This document shows, in pieces, positions 53,766 to 64,000 of a DNA stretch of 64,000 nt (position 1 is its first letter; the number at the start of each line of letters is the position of its first letter). This DNA is from Planctomycetota bacterium. GTDB lineage: Bacteria > Planctomycetota > UBA1135 > UBA2386. Position numbers and translations under genes: made by a program. Under the pieces are notes generated by a model. The model was not told the origin of the DNA. It was given only the letters and a program-made list of their open reading frames with translations, and did not search any database. Where the stretch lies: the NCBI GenBank assembly GCA_020638735.1, contig JACKHZ010000009.1, forward strand, positions 185,407 to 249,406, given 5' to 3'.

Positions 53766-54365
53766 ATGAGCATCGCCAACGACTACGTCATCCCCTACGT
53801 CATCGAGAAGACCGGCCGCGGCGAGCGGCAGTACGACATCTACAGCCGCCTGCTCGAGGACCGCATCGTCTTCATCGGCTCGCCGATCGACGACGGCCTG
53901 GCCAACTCGGTCATCGCGCAGCTCCTGTTCCTGCAGAAGGAGAACAAGAACCAGGACATCAACCTGTTCTTGAACTCGCCCGGTGGCAGCGTGACTGCCG
54001 GCCTCGCGATCTACGACACGATGCAGTTCGTGCAGTGCCCGATCGCGACCTACTGCATCGGCCAGGCCGCCTCGATGGGCGCGGTCCTGTTGGCGGCCGG
54101 GACGAAGGGCAAGCGGCACGCGCTGCCGCACGCGCGCATCATGATCCACCAGCCGTGGGGCGGGGTCGGCGGCACGGCGCTCGACATCTCGATCCAGGCG
54201 GACGAGATCCTGCGCCTCAAGCAGACCCTCAACGGCATCCTGGCCGCCCACAGCGGCAAGTCGATCGACGTGGTCAGCAAGGACAGCGACCGCGACTTCT
54301 TCATGGGTTGCGAAGAGGCCAAGGCGTACGGCCTGATCGACGAGATCGTGCAGACCTCGAAGTAA
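53766..54365 (+). CDS. clpP: ATP-dependent Clp protease proteolytic subunit
   Basis: ATG at 53766 in the frame of ORF 53487..54365. [22 protein letters not shown], catalytic GQAASMGA and IMIHQP. Confidence 0.95.
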   Translation: MSIANDYVIPYVIEKTGRGERQYDIYSRLLEDRIVFIGSPIDDGLANSVIAQLLFLQKENKNQDINLFLNSPGGSVTAGLAIYDTMQFVQCPIATYCIGQAASMGAVLLAAGTKGKRHALPHARIMIHQPWGGVGGTALDISIQADEILRLKQTLNGILAAHSGKSIDVVSKDSDRDFFMGCEEAKAYGLIDEIVQTSK

Positions 54366-54570
54366 GTGCCCCGGACGCAAGGGAGGCTCGACGAAGGCCG
54401 TGAAGCCAGGCCCCTCGTCGGGTAGAGTGGCGCGGTCACAGAGTTGGCAAGCCCCCTTGGCCCCGCGCGGTCCTGGGGCCTACCAAGCGTCGGCCGCCCC
54501 CCGCGGTCGACACCCGGGCCGACGCGCCCGGGCCCGCGATCCATACCCGAGAATGGCAGGCCGAGAGTAA

Positions 54571-55871
<1,301 letters not shown>

Positions 55872-55875
<4 letters not shown>

Positions 55876-56945
55876 GCGCGGCCCCGCACGGGGCCGCCCA
55901 GAGCGGGCCAGCGCTGACCGAGCTCTCGGACGACGCGCTGCTGAGGCTGGTCGAGCAGCTCGGCGGCAAGCCGTTCCAGGGCCGCCAGGTGCTGCACTGG
56001 CTGTGGAAGCACGGCGTCGACGACGTCGAGCAGATGCGCAACGTGCCGGCGAAGCTGCGCGAGGCGCTGCGCCCCCACCGCCTGCGCGCTGCCGAGGTGC
56101 GCGAGGCCGAGCTGGCCCAGGACGGCACCGAGAAGCTGCTGGTCGGATTGGCCGACGGCGACGCCGTCGAGTGCGTGATCATCCCCGACGGTGAACGCAC
56201 GACGCTGTGCATCTCGACCCAGGTCGGCTGCCCGGTCGGCTGTGTGTTCTGCGCGTCGGGCCTCGGCGGCGTGCGCCGCAACCTGACCGCCGGCGAGATC
56301 GCCGAGCAGGTGCTGCTGGCGAAGGCGCGCCTGCCCGACGACCGCCGCCTGACCAACCTGGTCGTGATGGGCATGGGCGAGCCGATGCTCAACCTCGACG
56401 CGCTGTTGCCGGCGCTGGCCCGCATCCACGACGCGGACGGCATCGGCATGGGCGCGCGCCGCATCACCGTCAGCACGTCGGGCTACCCGCGGCAGATGGA
56501 ACGCTTCGCCAAAGCCGACGAGAGCTACAACCTCGCCGTCTCGCTGCACGCCGCCGACGACGAGCTGCGCAAGCAGCTGGTGCCGACCGCCACCCACCCG
56601 GTGCGCGAGATCGTCGCCGCCGCGCACCGCTACTTCGGCCTGAAGGGCCGCGAGGTCACCTACGAGGTGGTGCTGCTGAAGGGCGTCAACGACCGCCCGT
56701 CGCACGCTGAGACGATGATCCAGACGCTGCGCGGCCTGCCGTGCACCGTCAACCTGATCCCGTGGAACCCGGTCGACGAGATCCGCCGCGAACGCGGCCT
56801 CGAGCGCCCGCTCGAAGCGCACGTCGACCTGTTCGCCGAGGCGCTGCGCTGTGGCGGGCTGAAGGTCACGGTGCGGCGCCAGCGCGGCGCCGATCGCTCG
56901 GCCGCGTGCGGCCAGCTGCGGCTGCGGCGCCAACCGGGCGCGTAG
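55872..56945 (+). CDS. rlmN: 23S rRNA/tRNA adenine-C2 methyltransferase RlmN (radical SAM)
   Basis: [11 protein letters not shown]. Radical-SAM cluster motif [29 protein letters not shown]. The only upstream in-frame start candidate I see is TTG at 55872, overlapping the clpX stop (TTGA). The start is uncertain. Confidence 0.85.
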
Positions 56946-56974
56946 GCTCGTCCCGGATGCCGGGTCGGCCTAGG

Positions 56975-57949
56975 ATGCGCGGCGTGACGACGACGACGAC
57001 GCTCCGGGCCCTTCGCCCTCTCGCCGGCCTGCTGCTGTGCGCCGCGTGCGCTACCGGCCCGGCCGCGCCCGAGCCGGCCGCCGGCCCGGTGCTGGTCTCG
57101 ACGTGGCCGTTCGGTCACTTCGCCAACGACGGCGCGCTGGCGAAGCTGCAGCAGGGCGGCTCGCGGCTCGACGCGATCGAGGCCGGCATCCGCGAGGTCG
57201 AGGCCCGCAGCTGCGACGGCAGCGTCGGCCTCGGCGGCCGCCCCAACGCCGCCGGCTACCCGCAGCTCGACGCCTGCATCATGGACGGCCCCGGCCAGCA
57301 GGCCGGCAGCGTCGCCGGACTCGAGGGCATCGTGCACCCGATCACCGCCGCGCGCGCGGTGCTCGAGCACAGCAAGCACGTGATGCTGGTCGGCGAAGGC
57401 GCGCGCTGGTTCGCGCTCGAGCACGGCGTCGATTCGGTCGCGGTCGACGACCTGCCGGCGAAGAAGCAGGCGTGGACCGACGGCCACCGCCCCGCCGACA
57501 TCGACCGCCGAGGCCACGACACCATCGCGCTGGTGCTGCGCGCAGCCGACGGCCACATCGCCGGGGGCTGCTCCACCAGCGGCGCCGGCGGCAAGCTGCC
57601 CGGCCGCGTCGGCGATTCGCCGATCCTCGGCTCCGGGCTCTACGTCGACGACCAGGTCGGCGCGGCCGGCGCCACCGGCATCGGCGAGAACGTGATGCGC
57701 TACTGCGGCACCTACCAGATCGTCGAGTTCATGCGCCAGGGCATGACGCCGATGCAGGCCTGCGAAGAAGTCGTGCACCGCATCGCCGCCGTCGATCCGC
57801 GCGGCTACCAGCTCGACATCTGCTTCGTCGCCGTGGACCGCTTCGGTCGCTACGGCGCGGCGGCGTCGAACATGCGGTTCCCGTTCTGCGTCACCGACGC
57901 CGACGGCACGCGCGAACTCAGCGTCGAGGCGGTCACCCCGCGACGCTGA
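56975..57949 (+). CDS. Ntn-hydrolase of the asparaginase_2 family (glycosylasparaginase / isoaspartyl peptidase-like), lipoprotein
   Basis: Lipobox LLLCAAC. GHDTIALV. Nucleophile region CSTSGAGGKLPGRVGDSPILGSG. GATGIGE. An alternative ATG is at 56957. Confidence 0.8.
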   Translation: MRGVTTTTTLRALRPLAGLLLCAACATGPAAPEPAAGPVLVSTWPFGHFANDGALAKLQQGGSRLDAIEAGIREVEARSCDGSVGLGGRPNAAGYPQLDACIMDGPGQQAGSVAGLEGIVHPITAARAVLEHSKHVMLVGEGARWFALEHGVDSVAVDDLPAKKQAWTDGHRPADIDRRGHDTIALVLRAADGHIAGGCSTSGAGGKLPGRVGDSPILGSGLYVDDQVGAAGATGIGENVMRYCGTYQIVEFMRQGMTPMQACEEVVHRIAAVDPRGYQLDICFVAVDRFGRYGAAASNMRFPFCVTDADGTRELSVEAVTPRR

Positions 57950-57970
57950 GGCGACCGCCGGCGCGCGCGA

Positions 57971-59239
57971 TCAGCGGATCGTGCCGCGCTCCTGCAGCTG
58001 CTTCGGCTGCTCCTGCACCGGCTCCGCGTCCTCGCGCTTCGGCGCCTCGGCGGTCTGACGGCGCCCCTTGCGCACGAACTCGACGACGACCTTGTCGCCC
58101 TTGCCGAGCGCGCCGAGCGCAGCCTGCACGTCGGCGGGCGAGCCGATCGCCTGTTCGCCGATCTTGACGACGATGTCGTTGGCCTGAAGGCCCAGGTCCT
58201 GCGCCAGCGTGCCGTCCTGAACCTCGGCGACCATCAAGCCGACGCTCGGGTCGAGTTCGAGGTACTCGCGGAGCTGGTCCGGCAGCTCGCGGATCACGAC
58301 GCCGAGCCGGCGGCCGGCAGGCGGCAACGGCGCCGCCGCGGTCGCGTCCGGCTGCAGATCGATCTGCTGGCGCTGCGCGCGGCGGGCGCGGTCGAACGGC
58401 AGCACGCGCGGCTGCAGGTCCTGCTGGTCGAAGCCACGCACGACCGGGCCGAGCCGCCCGCTCAGGCCGCCGAAGCCCGGGGCGCGGTCGCCGAACTGCA
58501 GGTCCAGGCCCATGCCGAGCCCGTTCTGCTTGAGCACGTCCGGATACTGCTCGCGGAAGGTCTTCATGTCTGGCGCCTCGTAGACCTTCTTCTCGGTCTT
58601 GCCATCGGCGCCCACCTCGTCGACCTCGACGCGCACGCCGTCCGGGCCGACCTGCATGCTCATGCCGCTCGACTGGCCACCCTGGCCCATCGCCTGCATC
58701 TGGTCCTGCAGGTCGCGGAAGAAGTCGTCGGAGAAGAAGCGGCCGCGCGGCACGTCGATGCCGAAGTCCTGCTCGAAGCGGCGGAACAATCGGTCGAACT
58801 CGTCGCGCATCTCGTCCGGTGCGACCTGGTCCAGCCGCGGCGGCGCGGCGCGCGTGCCGCCGTCGGGCCGCGAGACCTGCGGCGGCTGGCCCTGCCCACC
58901 GCGCTGGCGATCGACGAGGCCGCCACCACCGCCGCTCTGCATCTGCCGCAACAGGCGACGCGCCCGCCATTGCACCTCGCCGTCGGCGGCGTCCTTCGCC
59001 GCCGCCTCGAGCTGCGGCACCGCGGCATCGCCGAGCTCGCGCAGGCGGCGCTCGGCTTCGAGACGCTCACGGTAGCTGTCGCTGCCGAGTTGCTCGATCC
59101 AGTGCTTCGCGCCCGGTCGGGCCTTCTCGGCCTCGGGCGCGGTACGGGTCTCGGGATGTTGGCTCGGTTCCTGGGCGCCGGCGAGCACCGGCAGGCCGAG
59201 CACGGACGTGATCAGGAGGGTTCGAAGCTCGTTCTTCAT
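57971..59239 (-). CDS. Exported PDZ-domain protein
   Basis: Start at Met21 of ORF 57971..59299. Signal peptide MKNELRTLLITSVLGLPVLAGAQ. C-terminal PDZ segment GVVIRELPDQ...GLMVAEVQDGTLAQDLGLQANDIVVKIGEQAI. No protease domain is recognisable. Confidence 0.7.
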   Translation of the reverse strand: MKNELRTLLITSVLGLPVLAGAQEPSQHPETRTAPEAEKARPGAKHWIEQLGSDSYRERLEAERRLRELGDAAVPQLEAAAKDAADGEVQWRARRLLRQMQSGGGGGLVDRQRGGQGQPPQVSRPDGGTRAAPPRLDQVAPDEMRDEFDRLFRRFEQDFGIDVPRGRFFSDDFFRDLQDQMQAMGQGGQSSGMSMQVGPDGVRVEVDEVGADGKTEKKVYEAPDMKTFREQYPDVLKQNGLGMGLDLQFGDRAPGFGGLSGRLGPVVRGFDQQDLQPRVLPFDRARRAQRQQIDLQPDATAAAPLPPAGRRLGVVIRELPDQLREYLELDPSVGLMVAEVQDGTLAQDLGLQANDIVVKIGEQAIGSPADVQAALGALGKGDKVVVEFVRKGRRQTAEAPKREDAEPVQEQPKQLQERGTIR

Positions 59240-59332
59240 CGCGTTCACCAGTCTCGTTCCGGCGGCGGCCGGCAGGCAGCCGCGAGGTCCTCCGGACAAC
59301 GACGTCGGCCGCGAAAGACTCCGACCGCGGCG

Positions 59333-59989
59333 TCAGCGCGGCGGCGGCAGCTGCTCGTCGATCGGCGTGCGCAGCCGCCCGCGCCCCATCATGCCGGGGC
59401 CGACGCCGCTCTCGGCGCTGCCCTGATCGTCGATCGGCAGGCCCACCGGCAGCAGCTCGAACCGCGGCCCCGCGTACGGCACCGCGCGCAATGGGCCGGT
59501 ACTGGTCGCCTGCAGCGGCTGACGACTCCAGATCGAGTCACGCTCGCCGCCGTGCCCCAGCCAGAAGCCGAACGCCCAGAAGCCGATCGCCGCCAGCAGC
59601 ATCGCCGCGGCGCCGAGCGCGACCACGTGGCGCCACGGGAGCTCCCGGCGCCAACGCGCGAAGCCGAGCACGCCGGGTCCGTAGGCCGACGTCACGGCCT
59701 CGTGGCCGGGGCCGTCCTGCCATTCGATCTCGGCGACCCGCGCCATGATCGCGGCGTGCAGGTCCTGCTGCAGCGCGTCGTCCGGAACCGCCGCGTCGCG
59801 CGCCGCCACCGCGTCGCGCAGCGCCCGACCGGCACGGAGGAAGCCGCCCGCCTCGGCACGGCAACCGACGCACTCGCGCAGGTGGGCGCGCACCTGCGCG
59901 GCGCACGTCCCCGCCGCCTCGCCGTCCGGGTCTTCTGCCGCCAGCATCGGCAGCAGCGGCCGGACGTAGGCACAGTCGACAGGCTGCAT
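59333..59989 (-). CDS. Anti-sigma factor (zf-HC2 type), single-pass membrane protein
   Basis: Start at Met120 of ORF 59333..60346, 11 nt after the sigma gene's stop. HLRECVGCRAE (H-x3-C-x2-C). TM helix VVALGAAAMLLAAIGFWAFGFWL. Confidence 0.75.
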   Translation of the reverse strand: MQPVDCAYVRPLLPMLAAEDPDGEAAGTCAAQVRAHLRECVGCRAEAGGFLRAGRALRDAVAARDAAVPDDALQQDLHAAIMARVAEIEWQDGPGHEAVTSAYGPGVLGFARWRRELPWRHVVALGAAAMLLAAIGFWAFGFWLGHGGERDSIWSRQPLQATSTGPLRAVPYAGPRFELLPVGLPIDDQGSAESGVGPGMMGRGRLRTPIDEQLPPPR

Positions 59990-60000
59990 CGGGTGGCCGT

Positions 60001-60681
60001 TCACGCCTCCCCCTGACCCCGGTCCCAGTGCTCGCGGAACACCTGCCGACCGCGGTGCAGGCGCCAGCGAGCGGTGGCGTGGGTGATCTTCAGGATCGGC
60101 GCGATCTCGCGGCAGCTGAGGCCGTGGATGTCGCGCAGCACCAGCACGGCGCGGAACTTGGCGTCGAGCTTGTCGAGCACCTGCCAGACCAGCGCGTTCT
60201 GCTCGTCGCGCTCGATCGGCGCCTGGGCCGCGTCCTCGCGTTCGTCCGGCAGCATCGCGACGAGATCGTCGAGACTGCTGGCGCGCGCACTCCTGAGCTT
60301 GCGCAGCGCGTCGATCGCGAGGTTCATGACGATGCGATAGAACCACGTGTAGAAGCTGCGCGCGTAGTCGTACCGATCGAGCGAGCGATACAGCCGCACG
60401 AACGCCTCCTGGCAGACGTCGCGCGCCTCCTCGGCGCGGCCGAGCACGTGGAAGGCGATCCAGAACGCACGGCGCTGGTAGCGGGCGACGAGCGCGGCGA
60501 ACGGGTCCTGCTGACCGGCGAGCGAGCGGCGCACCAGCTCGGCGTCGCTGACCCCGCCGTCGCCGGCGAGCGCCTGCACCTGGGACGGCAGACCGCCCGG
60601 CAGCGCGGTCCAGCGCTCGGTTCCTGGGGCGCCTCGGGCGTCCAGCGGGCCGGGCGTCGGGAAGGACTGGTTGGGGATCAT
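60001..60681 (-). CDS. ECF (sigma-70 family) RNA polymerase sigma factor
   Basis: Start at Met25 of ORF 60001..60753. Sigma2 FAALVARYQRRAFWIAFHVLGRAEEARDVCQEAFVRLYR...FYTWFYRIVMNLAIDALR. Sigma4 VLVLRDIHGLSCREIAPILKITHATARWRLHRGRQ. Confidence 0.85.
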   Translation of the reverse strand: MIPNQSFPTPGPLDARGAPGTERWTALPGGLPSQVQALAGDGGVSDAELVRRSLAGQQDPFAALVARYQRRAFWIAFHVLGRAEEARDVCQEAFVRLYRSLDRYDYARSFYTWFYRIVMNLAIDALRKLRSARASSLDDLVAMLPDEREDAAQAPIERDEQNALVWQVLDKLDAKFRAVLVLRDIHGLSCREIAPILKITHATARWRLHRGRQVFREHWDRGQGEA

Positions 60682-60777
60682 GGGCTGGTTCGGGTCCGGC
60701 GCGTCCGGGCGCAGTCTACGGATGCCGCGCGCCAGATGCGGGCGCCGGCCCAAAACTCCCGGCCCTGGCCCCGGTCG

Positions 60778-60833
60778 GAGCTCGACTGTCAGAGCTCGGC
60801 AGTCAGAGCTCGACAGTCAGAGCTCGACTGGCA
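60778..60833. repeat. Four tandem copies of a 14-nt unit spanning the accA stop codon
   Basis: GAGCTCGACTGTCA / GAGCTCGGCAGTCA / GAGCTCGACAGTCA / GAGCTCGACTGGCA at 60778, 60792, 60806 and 60820. The accA stop (TCA at 60817-60819) lies in unit 3. Confidence 0.9.
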
Positions 60834-61800
60834 CGCCCATGCCGCGGAACTTGCGGTAGCGCTGCTCCATCAGCTCGGCGGGCGGGATCGCCTGCAGCTC
60901 GGTGATCCACTGCTCGATCTGCGCGCGGACCTTGGCGATGGTGCCCTTCTGGTCGCGATGCGCCCCGCCGAGCGGCTCCTCGATGACCTTGTCGACGAGG
61001 CCGAGCCGCAGCAGGTCCTTGCTGGTCAGCTTGAGCGCCTCGGCGGCCTCGGGGGCCTTGTCGCCCGCCTTCCAGAGAATCGCGGCGCAGCCTTCGGGCG
61101 AGATCACCGAGTAGTAACTGTTCTCGAGCATGCCGACGCGGTCGCCGACGCCGATGCCTAGCGCGCCGCCCGAGCCGCCTTCGCCGATCACCAGGCAGAC
61201 GATCGGCACCCGCAGCTCGAACATGTCGTAGATGTTCTGCGCGATCGCCGCGGCCTGGCCGCGCTCCTCCGCGCCGATGCCCGGATAGGCGCCGGGCGTG
61301 TTGATGAAGGTCACGATCGGCAGCTTCATCTTCTCGGCGAGGCGCATCTTCTGCATCGCCTTGCGGTAGCCCTCGGGGTGCGCGCAACCGAAGTTGCACG
61401 CCAGACGGTCCTTGACGGTCTTGCCCTTGCGGTGGCCGACGAGCAGGAAGCGCACGCCGTCCATGCTGGCCAGACCGGTCACGATCGCCCGGTCCTCGCC
61501 GAACACCCGGTCGCCGTGCAGCTCGACGAAGTCGTCGAGCATCAGCTGCATGTAGTCGCTGGTCAGCGGCCGGTCGGCGTGTCGCGCGACGTTGACGCGC
61601 TCCCAGGGCGACAGCTTGCTGTAGACGTCGGCGGTCTCGCGCCGCTTGCGGTCCTCGAGCAGCTCGATCTCGCCGTCGAGGTCGAGGTGCGTGTCCTGCT
61701 TGAGCTTGCGCAGTTCGTCGATCTTCTGCTGCAGCTCGTTGAGCGGCCGCTCGAAGGCGAGGCCGTCCTGAACCGCTGGGCGCGTCGAGGATTCGGTCAT
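60817..61800 (-). CDS. accA: Acetyl-CoA carboxylase carboxyltransferase alpha subunit
   Basis: LDGEIELLEDR, RHADRPLTSDY, TFINTPGAYPGIGAEERGQA, GEGGSGGALGIG. 327 aa. Confidence 0.95.
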   Translation of the reverse strand: MTESSTRPAVQDGLAFERPLNELQQKIDELRKLKQDTHLDLDGEIELLEDRKRRETADVYSKLSPWERVNVARHADRPLTSDYMQLMLDDFVELHGDRVFGEDRAIVTGLASMDGVRFLLVGHRKGKTVKDRLACNFGCAHPEGYRKAMQKMRLAEKMKLPIVTFINTPGAYPGIGAEERGQAAAIAQNIYDMFELRVPIVCLVIGEGGSGGALGIGVGDRVGMLENSYYSVISPEGCAAILWKAGDKAPEAAEALKLTSKDLLRLGLVDKVIEEPLGGAHRDQKGTIAKVRAQIEQWITELQAIPPAELMEQRYRKFRGMGVPVEL

Positions 61801-61837
61801 GGGCCGCGCAATGCTAGGGCCCGGGCGGCCAGCCCGT

Positions 61838-63183
<1,346 letters not shown>

Positions 63184-63187
<4 letters not shown>

Positions 63188-63972
63188 CGCGTGCCCTCGC
63201 CGTCGCCTTCCACCACCGGATGGGTCGGCAGGCTGATCGTGAACTGGGTGCCCTTGCCGACGTCGCTCTGCAGGCCGACGGTGCCGCCGTGCTCTTCGGC
63301 GACGCGCCGCACGGTCGGCAGACCGAGCCCGGTGCCGGCCTTCTTGGTGCTGAAGTAGGGCTCGAACACGCGCGGCTGCAGCTCGGCGGGGATGCCCGCG
63401 CCGGTGTCGGTGACGCGCAGCAGCACGGCGGCCGGCTCACGCACCGTCGAGACCAGCACCTCGCCGCCGCGCGGCGTCGCCTCCTTGGCGTTGCGGATCA
63501 GGTTGACGACGGCGGCCTGCAGGTGGTCCCAGTCGACCGGCACCTGGCCGACGCCGGCGCCTGGATAGAAGCGCAGCGACACGTCGGCGTCGCGCAGGTC
63601 GGGCTCGTGGAACTCGATCAACGCGCGCAACTTCTCGTTGAGGTCGACCGGCACCAGCCGCGGCTCGGGCGCGCGGGCGAAGCCGAGGAACTCCTCGAGG
63701 ATCGTCTGCAGCCGCTTGACCTCGTTCTGCACGGTGCCGAGCCGCTTCTGGGTGCGCTTGTCGCGCGGCGTCTCGGGGTCTTCGAAGTCCTCGAGCACCA
63801 GCTGCAGGTTGAGGCCGATCGTGCTCAGCGGGTTGCGCACCTCGTGGGCGAACCCTGCCAGCAACGCACCGAGCTGCGCCAGCCGCTGCATGCGGATGCG
63901 GGACAGTCGTTCTTCGCGCGCCGTGCTCGACATCGGGACCGAAGACGATAGCCCGAAGGCGGCGGCGGCCAA
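63184..63972 (-). CDS. Sensor histidine kinase (catalytic core); the N-terminus may extend beyond the window
   Basis: H-box FAHEVRNPLSTI. N-box VNLIRNAKEA. G1 DTGAGIP. G2 GTGLGL. I saw no in-frame stop between nt 63972 and the window end, so the true start is unresolved. Confidence 0.85.
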
Positions 63973-64000
63973 CGGCCCGACCGCCGCGATTTGCGCTTCG

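Noticed and set aside
60827-60840. Sigma-54 promoter-like TGGCACGCCCATGC (GG-N10-GC) near the NtrC-type regulator.
   Set aside because: It lies inside the 3' end of accA and points antisense into accA, with no downstream plus-strand gene. The -12 element lacks the TTGC consensus. Other TGGCAC occurrences (e.g. near 7479, 32078, 48617) have wrong spacing.

Overview
Very GC-rich (by eye about 70% or more; not computed), densely coding chromosomal DNA. I call 55 protein-coding genes. I found no tRNA, rRNA, CRISPR array, transposase or integrase. Because of the GC content, every region carries long Arg/Ala/Pro/Gly-rich ORFs in the wrong frames. I picked genes by normal amino-acid composition, recognisable motifs and frame arithmetic against the ORF track. 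Start codons are often uncertain, and many long ORFs have spurious N-terminal extensions.

Content:
- Housekeeping genes: yidC, miaA, asnB-like, rsmG, nadD, rpmH (45 codons, absent from the ORF track), ruvA, mnmG, tig-clpP-clpX-rlmN, accA, radC, gmhB.
- A large envelope and glycan set: GT39/ArnT-like GT-C, GH76, two tandem GT2 genes (one fused to a FemAB-like domain), a ManC-like nucleotidyltransferase, a Wzx-like flippase, an MraY/WecA-like transferase, a GT4-type glycosyltransferase, a glycosylasparaginase-like Ntn hydrolase.
- Unusually dense regulation: three ECF sigma factors (one fused in a single ORF to a transmembrane helix and a large extracytoplasmic domain), two anti-sigma factors, a GAF-PP2C phosphatase opposite a STAS-fusion protein, a kinase/NtrC-type pair, a degenerate receiver-kinase protein, and a TPR protein with two RNA polymerase alpha-CTD copies.

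Seven gene pairs overlap by 4 nt (ATGA, GTGA or TTGA).

The best candidates for undescribed biology:
- the membrane-tethered ECF sigma fusion at 44145-46673, and its split counterpart operon at 8143-12122;
- the intact GT2 followed by a degenerate GT2 fused to FemAB, at 21700-24950;
- the kinase-less GAF-PP2C / STAS-fusion module at 36623-39874;
- the TPR plus double alpha-CTD protein at 42109-43422;
- the 466-bp repeat-rich, highly structured non-coding region between the STAS gene and rpmH at 39875-40340.

The gene repertoire resembles Planctomycetota-like or other high-GC envelope-rich lineages. That is inference only. No database search was possible, so all family names come from motif recognition by eye.
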